Made by a program: the position numbers and the translations under genes
Part shown: piece by piece, positions 10,413 through 20,235 of the stretch
How positions within the stretch are numbered: position 1 is the first letter of the stretch
Layout of the letters: every line of letters begins with the position of its first letter
DNA from: Candidatus Hermodarchaeota archaeon
GTDB taxonomy: Archaea > Asgardarchaeota > Hermodarchaeia > Hermodarchaeales > Hermodarchaeaceae
Assembly: GCA_016839805.1 (NCBI GenBank)
Contig: JAEOTO010000032.1
Span: 128,001-192,000 of the forward strand
Reading direction: 5' to 3'
Length of the DNA: 64,000 nucleotides
The notes under the pieces: generated by a model
Seen by the model: the letters and a program-made list of their open reading frames with translations, nothing else
The model's database searches: none
What the model was told of the DNA's origin: nothing

Positions 10413-10492
10413 TAAAATTACCTGCTCAGCTATCGTATGAAAGCAGTTAAAAAATCTTTGTGACTTGCTTGATTAATGGGTTGTGATCGATT

Positions 10493-11530
10493 TTGAATCC
10501 CTTTACCAAATTGAAATACATCCAAAGTAGCAAGGAATTGTTAGATATCGCCTTTGCACGTGCTTCGAAACTAACATTACCTAAATCGAAGAAACCGACC
10601 CATATTCGTGTTCGTGAACGGGAAATTGCCAAGTTAAAGAAAGTGAATGAAATCCTCACTACAAGATTAGAGGAAGTTGTCAAGCGTTTTCCAAATTTTG
10701 ATGAGATCCATCCGTTTTATCGAACTCTGGCTGACACAGTGATTACAATTGATGAGATTCGTCAGGCCCTTGCATCAGTGACATCTGCAATTCGAATCAT
10801 TCGAAGTATCATCAAGGAGAGTATCCGTAAATTAAGGAGCATTGGAACTCCGAATGAGGCCCGAAAACTACGATCTGCTGCTTATGGTCGAATCTCATCA
10901 GTAATTAACAGGTTAGAACTACGATTGACACTGATCCGTCGAGCGGCGAATGAATATCGTCGGTTTCCGTCAATCGATCTTGATTTGCCAGTGATTGTAG
11001 TTGCTGGTTATCCCAATGTAGGTAAAAGTTCACTTGTTGCAATTCTGTCTTCAGCTAAACCTGAAATTGCTGAGTATCCATTTACAACTAAAAAAATTAG
11101 CGTTGGACATTTTCCCATTAACTCAAATGAAGGACAAGTCCTCGATATCCCCGGACTATTAGATCGTCCGATGAAGAAGAGAAATCCGATTGAACAGAGG
11201 GCTATTGCAGCCATTCAGTACCTTGCTGATGCCATCATCTTTCTGATTGATCCGACATTACATTGCGGATTTGAACTTTCTAACCAAGTTGCTTTATTTC
11301 AGGAAATTACCAAGGTGTTTGTTGGATTTGATATATTTCCAGTTTTAAACAAAGGCGATATTGCATCTTTGAACGAGATCAAAATCGCACGCAGTGAATT
11401 CAAGAGGGGTGGAATTCCAGTAATTAACACGCTAACCGATGGTGACGTTGATCGTGTTTTTCGTGATATAATTAGTCGGTCTGAGAAAATTCAGGAGAAG
11501 CTGAAGCACCTTCTAAGCCAATCCCGTTAA
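10493..11530 (+). CDS. NOG1-family GTPase
   Basis: HPFY, AYGRISS, GYPNVGKSS, YPFTTK, DIPGLLDRP, NKGD. Confidence 0.93.
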   Translation: MNPFTKLKYIQSSKELLDIAFARASKLTLPKSKKPTHIRVREREIAKLKKVNEILTTRLEEVVKRFPNFDEIHPFYRTLADTVITIDEIRQALASVTSAIRIIRSIIKESIRKLRSIGTPNEARKLRSAAYGRISSVINRLELRLTLIRRAANEYRRFPSIDLDLPVIVVAGYPNVGKSSLVAILSSAKPEIAEYPFTTKKISVGHFPINSNEGQVLDIPGLLDRPMKKRNPIEQRAIAAIQYLADAIIFLIDPTLHCGFELSNQVALFQEITKVFVGFDIFPVLNKGDIASLNEIKIARSEFKRGGIPVINTLTDGDVDRVFRDIISRSEKIQEKLKHLLSQSR

Positions 11531-12554
11531 CAGATATTTGGGCAGGGTTATCTAATTTTCCTTGAATTGTGAACTGAATGTCAAGGAACTGTTCCACAAC
11601 GTGTATATTGGTCATAGTATGCAAAGAGAGATTGGATATAAAAATCGATGAAGAGCCTTTAGCTAATGCCAAGTAGGGAATGAGCATATCAGCTTGGTTT
11701 TGATCCACAGGAGCGTTAGTATTTAGTTCTTGTATTATCCTTAATGCGGCTTGTTCTCCCACTTTTTCAGCTCTTAACCCACGGCGCCCCAAAGCATCTG
11801 CGCCAATTAACCTATTTTTACTCGTAACCCACAATGATATGCCACTTCCTGGAGATAAGGTGTTTTTAATGTGCTCAATTTTGATCGCATCTAACTGATG
11901 TTCCGCTTGCACAAGCTCCTGTTTTGCAGCATTTGCTTGTCTTTCTGCTACATGACTGGGTAGCGATCCACAGTGAGAAATTCCTGAGATTCTAGGGGTT
12001 TCCTCATCTTTTATCAAGATGAGTGGAGTCAAACTAGTGATCGGGGTGAGAGAGGCAGTAACATGTCCTCCTCCCTTTGGGTAGTACCCTCGGTTTTTAA
12101 GGTGTAATTGTCCAAGAAAACCCATTTGATGTAATCGTGGAAGAAATACATGTTGAAGATAGTCAATTGGGGGACTCCAAGCTACATTGGTTCCACCCTT
12201 TAATGTCGCAACAATAGCCTGTTCACAAAATGGTGCGACTACCATAATTGCTTGTAAAACAAGCGTAATGGATCCAGCCGTACCAATATCTACCGTAATC
12301 TTTCCTCCACGAGGAGATTGGGGAAAAAACTCGATCTGACTTGATCCCACATGGGTTCCTTTCACTTTTGCATCGGTTAGCTGTTTAACGGCTAACATTC
12401 CATGGAGATGTTGAGGTCGAAGTCCTGGGTTTTTTCGTTTTGCACGAATATTTTTGACTATTACTGGTTTATCTAAAACAGCTGCAAACGCAATTGCTGA
12501 ACGAAGGATTTGCCCTCCACCTTCGAGTGTGGACCCGTCTATTTCAACAACCAT
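11472..12554 (-). CDS. rtcA: RNA 3'-terminal phosphate cyclase
   Basis: EGGGQILR, PGLRPQH, TAGSITLVLQ, GGTNV, RGYYPKGGG, HTMTN. Confidence 0.96.
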   Translation of the reverse strand: MVVEIDGSTLEGGGQILRSAIAFAAVLDKPVIVKNIRAKRKNPGLRPQHLHGMLAVKQLTDAKVKGTHVGSSQIEFFPQSPRGGKITVDIGTAGSITLVLQAIMVVAPFCEQAIVATLKGGTNVAWSPPIDYLQHVFLPRLHQMGFLGQLHLKNRGYYPKGGGHVTASLTPITSLTPLILIKDEETPRISGISHCGSLPSHVAERQANAAKQELVQAEHQLDAIKIEHIKNTLSPGSGISLWVTSKNRLIGADALGRRGLRAEKVGEQAALRIIQELNTNAPVDQNQADMLIPYLALAKGSSSIFISNLSLHTMTNIHVVEQFLDIQFTIQGKLDNPAQISVNGIGLEGASASPEFSQTD

Positions 12555-12605
12555 TTTCCGTCACTGAAAATTGCTTTATAGTGGTTGCTTTAAAGTGCTT
12601 ATACC

Positions 12606-13187
12606 ATGACACCTATTAATATTGGAATTATGCAGATAAAGCCAGATCGGTGGCTAGCATTTGCCGTTGAAAAAGGCACAGATAATCTCGTTGCATGCAC
12701 TTCATCCCCAATTGCAGCCCAGAACGCGGAAACTAGCCTGAAGAATGCCCTACGCCGATTAAAGCGCTTTGACGATTACGACGAAAGCTACCGATTACCA
12801 CAATCTTCAGAGATTGGACAAAGATTGGGTCAACTTATGCAGGGGAAAGGACAACCATTTGATTTGAAAGGAATTTCACAGACAAATTGGTCTCCAGCAC
12901 GTCTTAATATTTCGAAGCAGTTATTACAAGTGCCAAAAGGAAAAGTAATCTCTTATGGAGGACTAGCCCGACTAACTAACTCGTCTCCGCGTGGCGTTGG
13001 TTCTGTGATGAGAAGTAATCCCGTTCCATGGGCTGTACCCTGCCATCGGGTGATTCACTCTGATGGACGACTCGGGAAGCTCGGTGGAACCATTAGCGGT
13101 ACAAAAGAAAAAGCAAGAATTTTACAAGCTGAGGGAGTACTCTTTAACAAGGATGGTACCGTTAGCCAGAAAGTTCTTGTTTGCTAG
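12606..13187 (+). CDS. ogt: Methylated-DNA-protein-cysteine methyltransferase
   Basis: VPKGKVISYG, RGVG, NPVPWAVPCHRV active-site motif. Confidence 0.92.
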   Translation: MTPINIGIMQIKPDRWLAFAVEKGTDNLVACTSSPIAAQNAETSLKNALRRLKRFDDYDESYRLPQSSEIGQRLGQLMQGKGQPFDLKGISQTNWSPARLNISKQLLQVPKGKVISYGGLARLTNSSPRGVGSVMRSNPVPWAVPCHRVIHSDGRLGKLGGTISGTKEKARILQAEGVLFNKDGTVSQKVLVC

Positions 13188-13203
13188 TCGAGGATGGTAA
13201 TTC

Positions 13204-13716
13204 ATGAGGCAGCCTGGCCTTTTTATTGGAAGATTCCAACCCCTACATAATGGTCACGTCCATGCCTTAAAACAGATTTTTAATGAAGAGGAAAAAGTTT
13301 TCATTGTTATTGGAAGCGCTCAAGCGAGTTATACTCCCACTAACCCGTTTACTACGGCGGAACGTCTTAGGATGTTACAGGCGGTCCTAAGCAGTTTAGA
13401 AATTCCTTGCTCGCAGTATCAGATAATTCCAGTTCCAGACATTCACAACTTTAGATACTGGGTGGACCATATCAAACAGTATGTACCACCTTTTGGAATT
13501 GTATATTCAGGTTCAAAAACTGGTCAGGTATTATTCTCAGAAGAAGGATGTCCTGTTAAAAAGATTAGATTAATACAGAAAAAGAAATTTTCAGCAACCG
13601 AAATTCGACGGAGATGGGTTCAGGGAGAAGAGTGGGAATCCTTAGTTCCTAAAGCTGTTATAAAATTGATTCATCAATTTGAAGGCGTTCGAAGGGTTAA
13701 GTCTCTTTTCTTTTAG
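13204..13716 (+). CDS. nadM: Nicotinamide-nucleotide adenylyltransferase
   Basis: FIGRFQPLHNGH, IGSAQ, NPFTTAER, SATEIR. Confidence 0.93.
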   Translation: MRQPGLFIGRFQPLHNGHVHALKQIFNEEEKVFIVIGSAQASYTPTNPFTTAERLRMLQAVLSSLEIPCSQYQIIPVPDIHNFRYWVDHIKQYVPPFGIVYSGSKTGQVLFSEEGCPVKKIRLIQKKKFSATEIRRRWVQGEEWESLVPKAVIKLIHQFEGVRRVKSLFF

Positions 13717-15898
13717 CATCGGATCCTCTTACAAGTTCGAGAATTCGTTGAAAAATCGCCTGCTTTCGATCCTTAGACGAACGATAAAGGCGTTCAACAA
13801 TCAATTCGGGTGTCGATTTTGCTATTTGCCCGAATTTTGGCGACCGATTTACCATTAGATTGAGTTGAGGATCGAGCCCTGTAGCCTCGATACCATCAAC
13901 TCTAATGCGTACTTGAGCGAGTTGAATGATGTCTTCAGCCAGGTGCGAGACGAAGATTACACAAGAGTTTGGATTTTCAGTAAAAAGTTCAAGAACTGCT
14001 GCAACTACTTTTGCAGCAGCACCCGGTTCTGTACTTGCTTCCCATTCATCGAAACAAGCGAGTTTAGATGCATCACTAAGTACTATATTTGCTAGATTAG
14101 TTAATGAGGATTCAAAAGCTCCTGCGGAGAGCATTCCTGTGGCCTTGGCGTAATAATATAACTCATCAAAAATACCCACTTCAGCGTTTTTGGCAGGAAC
14201 CAGAAAGCCCATTTGAGTTAAAATGGCGATCTGTGCTATATTTTGTAGTAAACAACTTTTCCCACCACTATTTGCCCCAGATAATAACGCCACACGCTCG
14301 CCTGCTGTATGTTCTGGCGTCCAGCTATTTTGTCCAATAGTATAGGAAACCGGGACTACTTCCAATTTCTCAGTGTTCGCTTGCTGAGCAAGAAAGATAT
14401 TTCGTCCGTCTTGGAATGCTAACCCGACGCCATTGGCTTTGACTGTAGGAACAGCAAGTTGATACTCTTTTGCAAATTGCCCAATTGCCTGGAATACATC
14501 GAAGTCCAACAAGGTCTGTACTGCATCTTTAATAGGTGACTCATACTGTATGAGTGTCGAGGCAATTTCTGATTTAATTTTATGTTCGCGTGCATGCATG
14601 GCGCGTCGCAGATTATTTTGTAGATTACTTGCATGTTGACGATTTGCCTGAATAGGTAAAACTACGCTTTGAGAGAAAATCCCATCGACCCACTCGAGTT
14701 CGTTACGATTAAGTTTCAGTAAACTAGCCAGATGATCTTCTGCGTCTTGCAAAGCAGACACTAGAATATCGAAGACTTGTGGTGGTAGATATTGGCGAAG
14801 CTGTTCAGCCCCTATTGCTTCTGCGGCTGATGCCTCAAGTATACTAATTATTTGATCGCCTTCAAGTACAACTTGGCTACTGGATACTTCATTACGAATT
14901 TTATCATTGGCCCAGATTTCTGTCTCGCTAAGTATTGTCTCAAACTTTTGAGATGCAAACCGAAGTCGATCATAGTCCCCATCCGCACCGTCGGAGATAT
15001 CCCCTGTATTAGTAATTTTTTCCACGATTTTTGCTAATTCATTTAGTGCTACGAGATCGAGTTTTTCAATGAATCTTTGTAGTGCCGGGGTTGCGGGTAA
15101 TTTCGTTAGTGCATCAGTGGCTGCACAGATGGCTAAAATTGTCTCATAATTTGCGGCGAAGAAGGAAATTATGGATTCGGGAGAAACATCAGCAAGAGTG
15201 AAATCGCTTTTCAGTAAATCTAGGTTGCCAGCGTGTTCTGCGACCCTACTAATCCCGCCCATTTCTAATGCTGCTATTACATAATCATAAGATTTGAGAT
15301 ATTCATCCAATCGCTCGCCTGGTTTTAGTCGGATTAGTCGAGAGGATTTGTTGGCTTTGAATTCTTTCAGTTGGTGATGTGCTTCATCATTATCAGTGAG
15401 TATTACTCTCCAAGTTGCCATGGAGGGTGTTGCTCCGCGACGGAGAGGGCGGGCGTTTGAAAGTAAGTGACCCATTTGTGTTAGTTGTTCTGGGGTACAT
15501 TTCTTCACTAGTTCAGCTGCTTGTTGAAACCAGTTTAGCCGTTGTGTGATTACGTTAATTTTAGAAGAAGGAAGTGGATAATAGAGAGATAACTTATCTT
15601 TGGCAAAGAGGCTATTTGCATAGGATTGGATAATTCCTAACAATCGATAGTAGATCTCTCGGATATCTTCGGTTTTTAGCACTTCAAAGGCACTAATACC
15701 TTCTCGAATTGTATAAGCGTCCTGCACGATATCTAATGCTTTCTTCTTTCCTACACCAGGAATGCTCGCTAACGTTGCTACTTGCGCATTTCGTATTATA
15801 TCTAAAGCAACATCTTCAGTTCCAAATAAGTCAATCAATTTCTGTACTAGTCGTGGTCCGACTCCAGGAATTTGGTCAAGGCGTTCAAGCTCCGGCAA
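13697..15898 (-). CDS. Archaeal MutS-family ATPase with N-terminal HhH motifs (MutS2/MutS5-like)
   Basis: IPGVGP and IPGVGKK HhH motifs; LSGANSGGKS, QMGFLVPA, AGAFES, DEWEASTEP, VSHL. Confidence 0.85.
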   Translation of the reverse strand: MPELERLDQIPGVGPRLVQKLIDLFGTEDVALDIIRNAQVATLASIPGVGKKKALDIVQDAYTIREGISAFEVLKTEDIREIYYRLLGIIQSYANSLFAKDKLSLYYPLPSSKINVITQRLNWFQQAAELVKKCTPEQLTQMGHLLSNARPLRRGATPSMATWRVILTDNDEAHHQLKEFKANKSSRLIRLKPGERLDEYLKSYDYVIAALEMGGISRVAEHAGNLDLLKSDFTLADVSPESIISFFAANYETILAICAATDALTKLPATPALQRFIEKLDLVALNELAKIVEKITNTGDISDGADGDYDRLRFASQKFETILSETEIWANDKIRNEVSSSQVVLEGDQIISILEASAAEAIGAEQLRQYLPPQVFDILVSALQDAEDHLASLLKLNRNELEWVDGIFSQSVVLPIQANRQHASNLQNNLRRAMHAREHKIKSEIASTLIQYESPIKDAVQTLLDFDVFQAIGQFAKEYQLAVPTVKANGVGLAFQDGRNIFLAQQANTEKLEVVPVSYTIGQNSWTPEHTAGERVALLSGANSGGKSCLLQNIAQIAILTQMGFLVPAKNAEVGIFDELYYYAKATGMLSAGAFESSLTNLANIVLSDASKLACFDEWEASTEPGAAAKVVAAVLELFTENPNSCVIFVSHLAEDIIQLAQVRIRVDGIEATGLDPQLNLMVNRSPKFGQIAKSTPELIVERLYRSSKDRKQAIFQRILELVRGSDAKRKET

Positions 15899-16033
15899 TC
15901 AGCTTCCTCCCTTTGTTACAAGTGCATCACTAAACGCAGTATTTAATCTTCACTCCCGTCCGTACAACTGTAAAGATGCCTTTATAAGGTAGGATGGAAT
16001 TTGACTGGTTTCACCCTGATATAAAACCAGAGG

Positions 16034-17437
16034 TTGTGCACAGTGATCTCCACGATCCTTTTAGCAATATTCGGACTCATCGCGGCCCTGTTAGTGACAT
16101 TCATTGTGATGCCACATGTTATCAAAACTATGAGGAAACGTCATAGGGTAGGTATTGATGTTCACAAATTGGAGAAACCTGAAGTTGCTGAAATGGGTGG
16201 AGTGGGAATTCTAGTTGGGGTGATTATTGGCTGTCTTGTGTTATTTGTTGGTAGTCTTTTTGCATCAGGTTTCTTCGACTTTCGTATTCTAGTTTTTCTT
16301 GCAGTTATTTTATTAGCTGGGCTGATCGGTACCATAGATGACGTAAAAACGCTAGGACCCAAGGTTAAACCAGTACTTACGGCGATTGCTTGCCTTCCTA
16401 TTCTTTTATACAGTTGGGGTCTTGTCCTTCTAGGAGCGACCCCACACCTATCTACCGCGTACAATCCTCGCCCACATTTACCGTTTCTAGGTCAAACGCA
16501 GTTAAGTATCGTTTACCCTCTTTTGATTCCATTCGCAATTGCCATACCTGCCAATGCTGTTAATATGATTGATATCTTCAATGGTGTTATGCCCCTAACA
16601 TCGATTTTGATGTTTGTGGCACTCCTTTTTGTGTCGCTCTATTTGATGGCAATTGGTATTCCTGGAGCTGAGCTTGGAGTATTGTTTTCATGTGTAATGA
16701 TCGGTGTACTGATTGCGTATTACTATTTCAACAGGTATCCTGCAAAGACCTTTGCCGGCGATACGGGGTCACTTATTGTTGGGGCAGCTTTGGGTGCTAC
16801 TGCCGTTATGGGCAGAGTTGAAATTGTAGCAATTATTGCACTTTTACCTGCCATAATGAATGCCTTTTACAGTTTGGTGAGTATTGGTGGGTTGTTAGAA
16901 CGGCGTCAAATGAGAGAGCGACCTACTGTCTTCCAGTCTGATGGTACTCTTGCTGATTCCAAAAATTCTGAAGCGCCTTTTACATTGACGCGTCTAATTT
17001 TAGCAAGAGGACCATTAACTGAACAACGCATCATTCTATCACTGGCTACGCTTACTTTAGCAAGCAGTGTTCTTGCCATTTTGACCGTTTTTCTAATCCC
17101 CTTTAATTCAGTCTATGTTCTAGTCTGGCCGCTGAATCTCAGTTTTGTGATTGTACCCATTTGCCTCATTTTTGGTGTGTATTTCGCTCTAAGAAAGAAG
17201 GACCATATGGGTTTACGGATTTCAGGTTTAATCTCAATTATGGTGGGAGTGTGGGCTCTTGGAATGGCTGGATTTGCCTTGTTAGATTATTTGATCGTGG
17301 TTATCCAAAGCGAACTTTGGCCAATTGCAGGTATTTTATTCGTGTTTAGTTGGCTCGCTTTGTGGCACTTTTCAACACGGTTATACTACCGCTATGAAGT
17401 TAGGAATTCGAAAACTGTTTACCAGACTACATCTTAG
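16034..17437 (+). CDS. UDP-GlcNAc:dolichyl-phosphate GlcNAc-1-P transferase (AglH/DPAGT1-like, MraY superfamily)
   Basis: DVHK..EMGG, IGTIDD, NAVNMIDIFNG, NRYPAKTFAGDTGS; multiple TM helices. Confidence 0.88.
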   Translation: MCTVISTILLAIFGLIAALLVTFIVMPHVIKTMRKRHRVGIDVHKLEKPEVAEMGGVGILVGVIIGCLVLFVGSLFASGFFDFRILVFLAVILLAGLIGTIDDVKTLGPKVKPVLTAIACLPILLYSWGLVLLGATPHLSTAYNPRPHLPFLGQTQLSIVYPLLIPFAIAIPANAVNMIDIFNGVMPLTSILMFVALLFVSLYLMAIGIPGAELGVLFSCVMIGVLIAYYYFNRYPAKTFAGDTGSLIVGAALGATAVMGRVEIVAIIALLPAIMNAFYSLVSIGGLLERRQMRERPTVFQSDGTLADSKNSEAPFTLTRLILARGPLTEQRIILSLATLTLASSVLAILTVFLIPFNSVYVLVWPLNLSFVIVPICLIFGVYFALRKKDHMGLRISGLISIMVGVWALGMAGFALLDYLIVVIQSELWPIAGILFVFSWLALWHFSTRLYYRYEVRNSKTVYQTTS

Positions 17438-18248
17438 GTTTTCCCTTTTGCCAACGATATTCAAAACTTTGTTGAAAGATTGCAACAATGCCTTCATTAG
17501 CTGAATAGCTCGGACGATATACATACCGTGGATGCCTCCGATTCCCTGCGGGTGAGGCCCAAATAAGAAACACGACTTTGGAAGAGTCGGCAAGTGTGCC
17601 CCTCACTGGAAAACGCAAATCGGAAGGCTGTCGAACACTAACTCCCATTGTATTAAGTTTCTTAATTAGAGATTGAGTTTCCGGATGTTGCATATTCATT
17701 AGAACTCGAATTGTGACACCGCGCTTTAGGGCTTTTGTCAGATCTTTTTCAACATCATCGAACCAACTGAATATATCCGTAAAAATATCGATCGTTTTCT
17801 CTGCCTCTGTTAGTAATTGCTTTGTTCGTTTTTCCGTCTGAGCTAAATTTTCTAGAGACTCTAAGAGATCTTCAGGGCGAATTCGAAGGCGTTGGCGCCA
17901 AAAGATCGGAGATAGGACTTCTTTGACTTCTTGACTGGTATTTTCAAGTTGATGTAAGGATTCCTCAGCTGCTTGTTTTCGTAACTTTATAAGATTCTGA
18001 AAGCCTTCCTGGGGACTAATAATTTCAAATTTTTTGGGGCGTCCTTTAAGAATGACAATAAGCCCCAAATTGTTGAGGCTTTCTAGAACACCATAGACAC
18101 GAGGGATTGGAATGTTAGCTTTCCGAGCAATTTCTTCTGCACTCATTTGCGATCCTTGCACAAGCACAAGATATGCTTGTGTTTCGTATTCGGTGAGTCC
18201 CAGTTGTCGCAGTTTTTCGGCTGGTTCTATCGTTGACATGATTACCAT
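17427..18248 (-). CDS. TrmB-family transcriptional regulator
   Basis: LGLTEYETQAY, IPIPRVYGVLESL, GRPKKF, RGVTIRVL. Confidence 0.92.
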   Translation of the reverse strand: MVIMSTIEPAEKLRQLGLTEYETQAYLVLVQGSQMSAEEIARKANIPIPRVYGVLESLNNLGLIVILKGRPKKFEIISPQEGFQNLIKLRKQAAEESLHQLENTSQEVKEVLSPIFWRQRLRIRPEDLLESLENLAQTEKRTKQLLTEAEKTIDIFTDIFSWFDDVEKDLTKALKRGVTIRVLMNMQHPETQSLIKKLNTMGVSVRQPSDLRFPVRGTLADSSKVVFLIWASPAGNRRHPRYVYRPSYSANEGIVAIFQQSFEYRWQKGKPKM

Positions 18249-18356
18249 ATTGCATGTTGAATTTCCCCTAAATTATCGTTTCGAATAAACTGGTTTAAAC
18301 GTAACATCGGTAACTTTTTAGGTCAAAGTTGGTTTTTCTAGTCGTAGGTCTCTCTC

Positions 18357-19319
18357 ATGGAAAAAATTGGAATTGGCGTTATCGGAGTTGGTGCATGGGG
18401 AAAAAACCATGCCCGCGTATTTTCTGAGTTAGAGGAAGCAAACCTAATCGCCATTGCGGACCGAGACTTGGATCGAGTGAAAACATTTGCGAAAAAGTAC
18501 AACACAACTCCCTGTAAAAGCGTCGATGAACTCTTACGTCGCGAGGATATTGATGCTGTCACCATCTGTACACCAACTGTGACTCATGCAGATTTAGCCT
18601 TAGAAGCAATTGATTCGGGTAAGCATTTGTTGTTGGAGAAGCCCATGACCGATACGGTTCAGCAAGCTCAACGAGTAGTAGACGCGGCAAAATCAGCCGA
18701 TTCGGTACTCATGGTAGGATTTGTCGAACGATTCAATCCATCTGTTCAAACTGCAGCTGAGGTTATTGATGATGGAAAAATTGGTGAGTTAGTACTCGGT
18801 TCCGCTCGAAGACTTGGACCATTTGTACCAGGTCGAGTAGCAGACATAGGTATTATCAAGGATTTAGCGATTCATGACATCGATATTGCACGCTTTCTGG
18901 TAAAACAGGAAGTAACTTCTGTATATGCAATAGCAGGGAAGCTATACCACAAATATGAGGACCATGCGAATTTGGTAATTCGATTTGATGAAAAACCAAC
19001 GTTTTTTGTGGAATCTAATTGGTTGACACCACATAAACTTCGAGGGCTGAATGTTACAGGCTCACAAGGTGTTCTTTCCTTAGACTATATTTCTCAAGCA
19101 GTAACGCTTGGGACAAGCCAGTGGGAGCAAAAATCCACAACACAGTGGGATGAACCTTTGAAACGTGAACTAGTTCATTTTGTCGAAAGTGTCCGAGAAA
19201 GAAACCCGCCCAAAACTTCCGGTCAGGATGGCCTTGAAGCATTACGAATTGCTGAAGCCGCCTTAGAAAGCGCCCGTACCAAACGCATAATTTACCTTGA
19301 GGAGTATCGTTCTAGTTGA
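18357..19319 (+). CDS. Gfo/Idh/MocA oxidoreductase, probably UDP-GlcNAc(A) 3-dehydrogenase
   Basis: GVIGVGAWGKNH, LLEKP, VGFVERFNP, DLAIHDID; adjacent acetyltransferase. Confidence 0.8.
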   Translation: MEKIGIGVIGVGAWGKNHARVFSELEEANLIAIADRDLDRVKTFAKKYNTTPCKSVDELLRREDIDAVTICTPTVTHADLALEAIDSGKHLLLEKPMTDTVQQAQRVVDAAKSADSVLMVGFVERFNPSVQTAAEVIDDGKIGELVLGSARRLGPFVPGRVADIGIIKDLAIHDIDIARFLVKQEVTSVYAIAGKLYHKYEDHANLVIRFDEKPTFFVESNWLTPHKLRGLNVTGSQGVLSLDYISQAVTLGTSQWEQKSTTQWDEPLKRELVHFVESVRERNPPKTSGQDGLEALRIAEAALESARTKRIIYLEEYRSS

Positions 19320-20089
19320 AAATGAAGCTGAATGTTCATCCTAGCGCCGTGATAGAAGGAAAAGTTAAACTAGAAACCGGGTGTGTTGTCGAGCCCTTTG
19401 TATTCTGTAGAGGTAACATTAGGGCAGGAAAAAAGTGTTACTTCAGTACGGGTGCAAACATTCAGGGATTAGTGGAGATTGGATCCCATGTCTTTTTGGG
19501 AGAAAGGGTCACAATTGGCTTTCCAAGTCAACCCCAGATTATCGAGTTCCAAGGAGAAAAAGGGGAACCGCCTTGGCAATCCTCTAATCCCACTAAAATC
19601 GGTGACAATTGTATTATCAGAAGCGGATCGGTGATTTATGCTTCTTCACAACTGGGTAACAATGTTCGCTTAGGACACAATGTCTTGATACGTGAAGAAG
19701 TGAAAATTGGTCATGACTCTCTTGTGGGGACAGGTGTTGTCATTGATGGAAAATCTTCTATTGGAAAGAACGTGTCGATTCAAACGAGTGTGTATATTCC
19801 ATGGAATACCTTGATTGAAGATCATGTGTTCTTAGGACCAAAATGTATACTTACCAACGATAAATACGTCATGAGAACTGATTATGAACTTAGGGGTCCA
19901 ATTATTCGAAAAGGAGTTAGTGTGGGAGCAGGGGCAGTAATTCTACCATCAATTGAAATTGGGGCCGAATCGGTTATTGGTGCAGGAGCAGTTGTGACCA
20001 AAGACGTACCTCCTAAGACTATTGTCTATGGTGTTCCTGCACGAGCACATGGTACTGTCCCGAGTAATTGGAAAGTTCCTATGAAATAG
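19316..20089 (+). CDS. Hexapeptide-repeat N-acetyltransferase (WbpD-like)
   Basis: Left-handed beta-helix repeats, FLGP..LTND, GAGAVVTKDVP, YGVPAR. Confidence 0.85.
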   Translation: MKMKLNVHPSAVIEGKVKLETGCVVEPFVFCRGNIRAGKKCYFSTGANIQGLVEIGSHVFLGERVTIGFPSQPQIIEFQGEKGEPPWQSSNPTKIGDNCIIRSGSVIYASSQLGNNVRLGHNVLIREEVKIGHDSLVGTGVVIDGKSSIGKNVSIQTSVYIPWNTLIEDHVFLGPKCILTNDKYVMRTDYELRGPIIRKGVSVGAGAVILPSIEIGAESVIGAGAVVTKDVPPKTIVYGVPARAHGTVPSNWKVPMK

Positions 20090-20235
20090 GAGTATCTTCT
20101 CAATTATTGGAAGAGAACCTCTTGTTATTAGACAGAAGATACTAACCTGAAAGGGCGATAAGGTTTTTTGGTTGTTGCTAAGAGAATGCTTAAATACGTG
20201 AAAAGAATCGACAAATCGAAACTCCGTATCGGTGT

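Noticed and set aside
11472-12554. rtcA as part of the intron-splicing system
   Set aside because: EndA already leaves 2',3'-cyclic phosphates and RtcB is the ligase; rtcA is 40 kb away in an ordinary housekeeping context.
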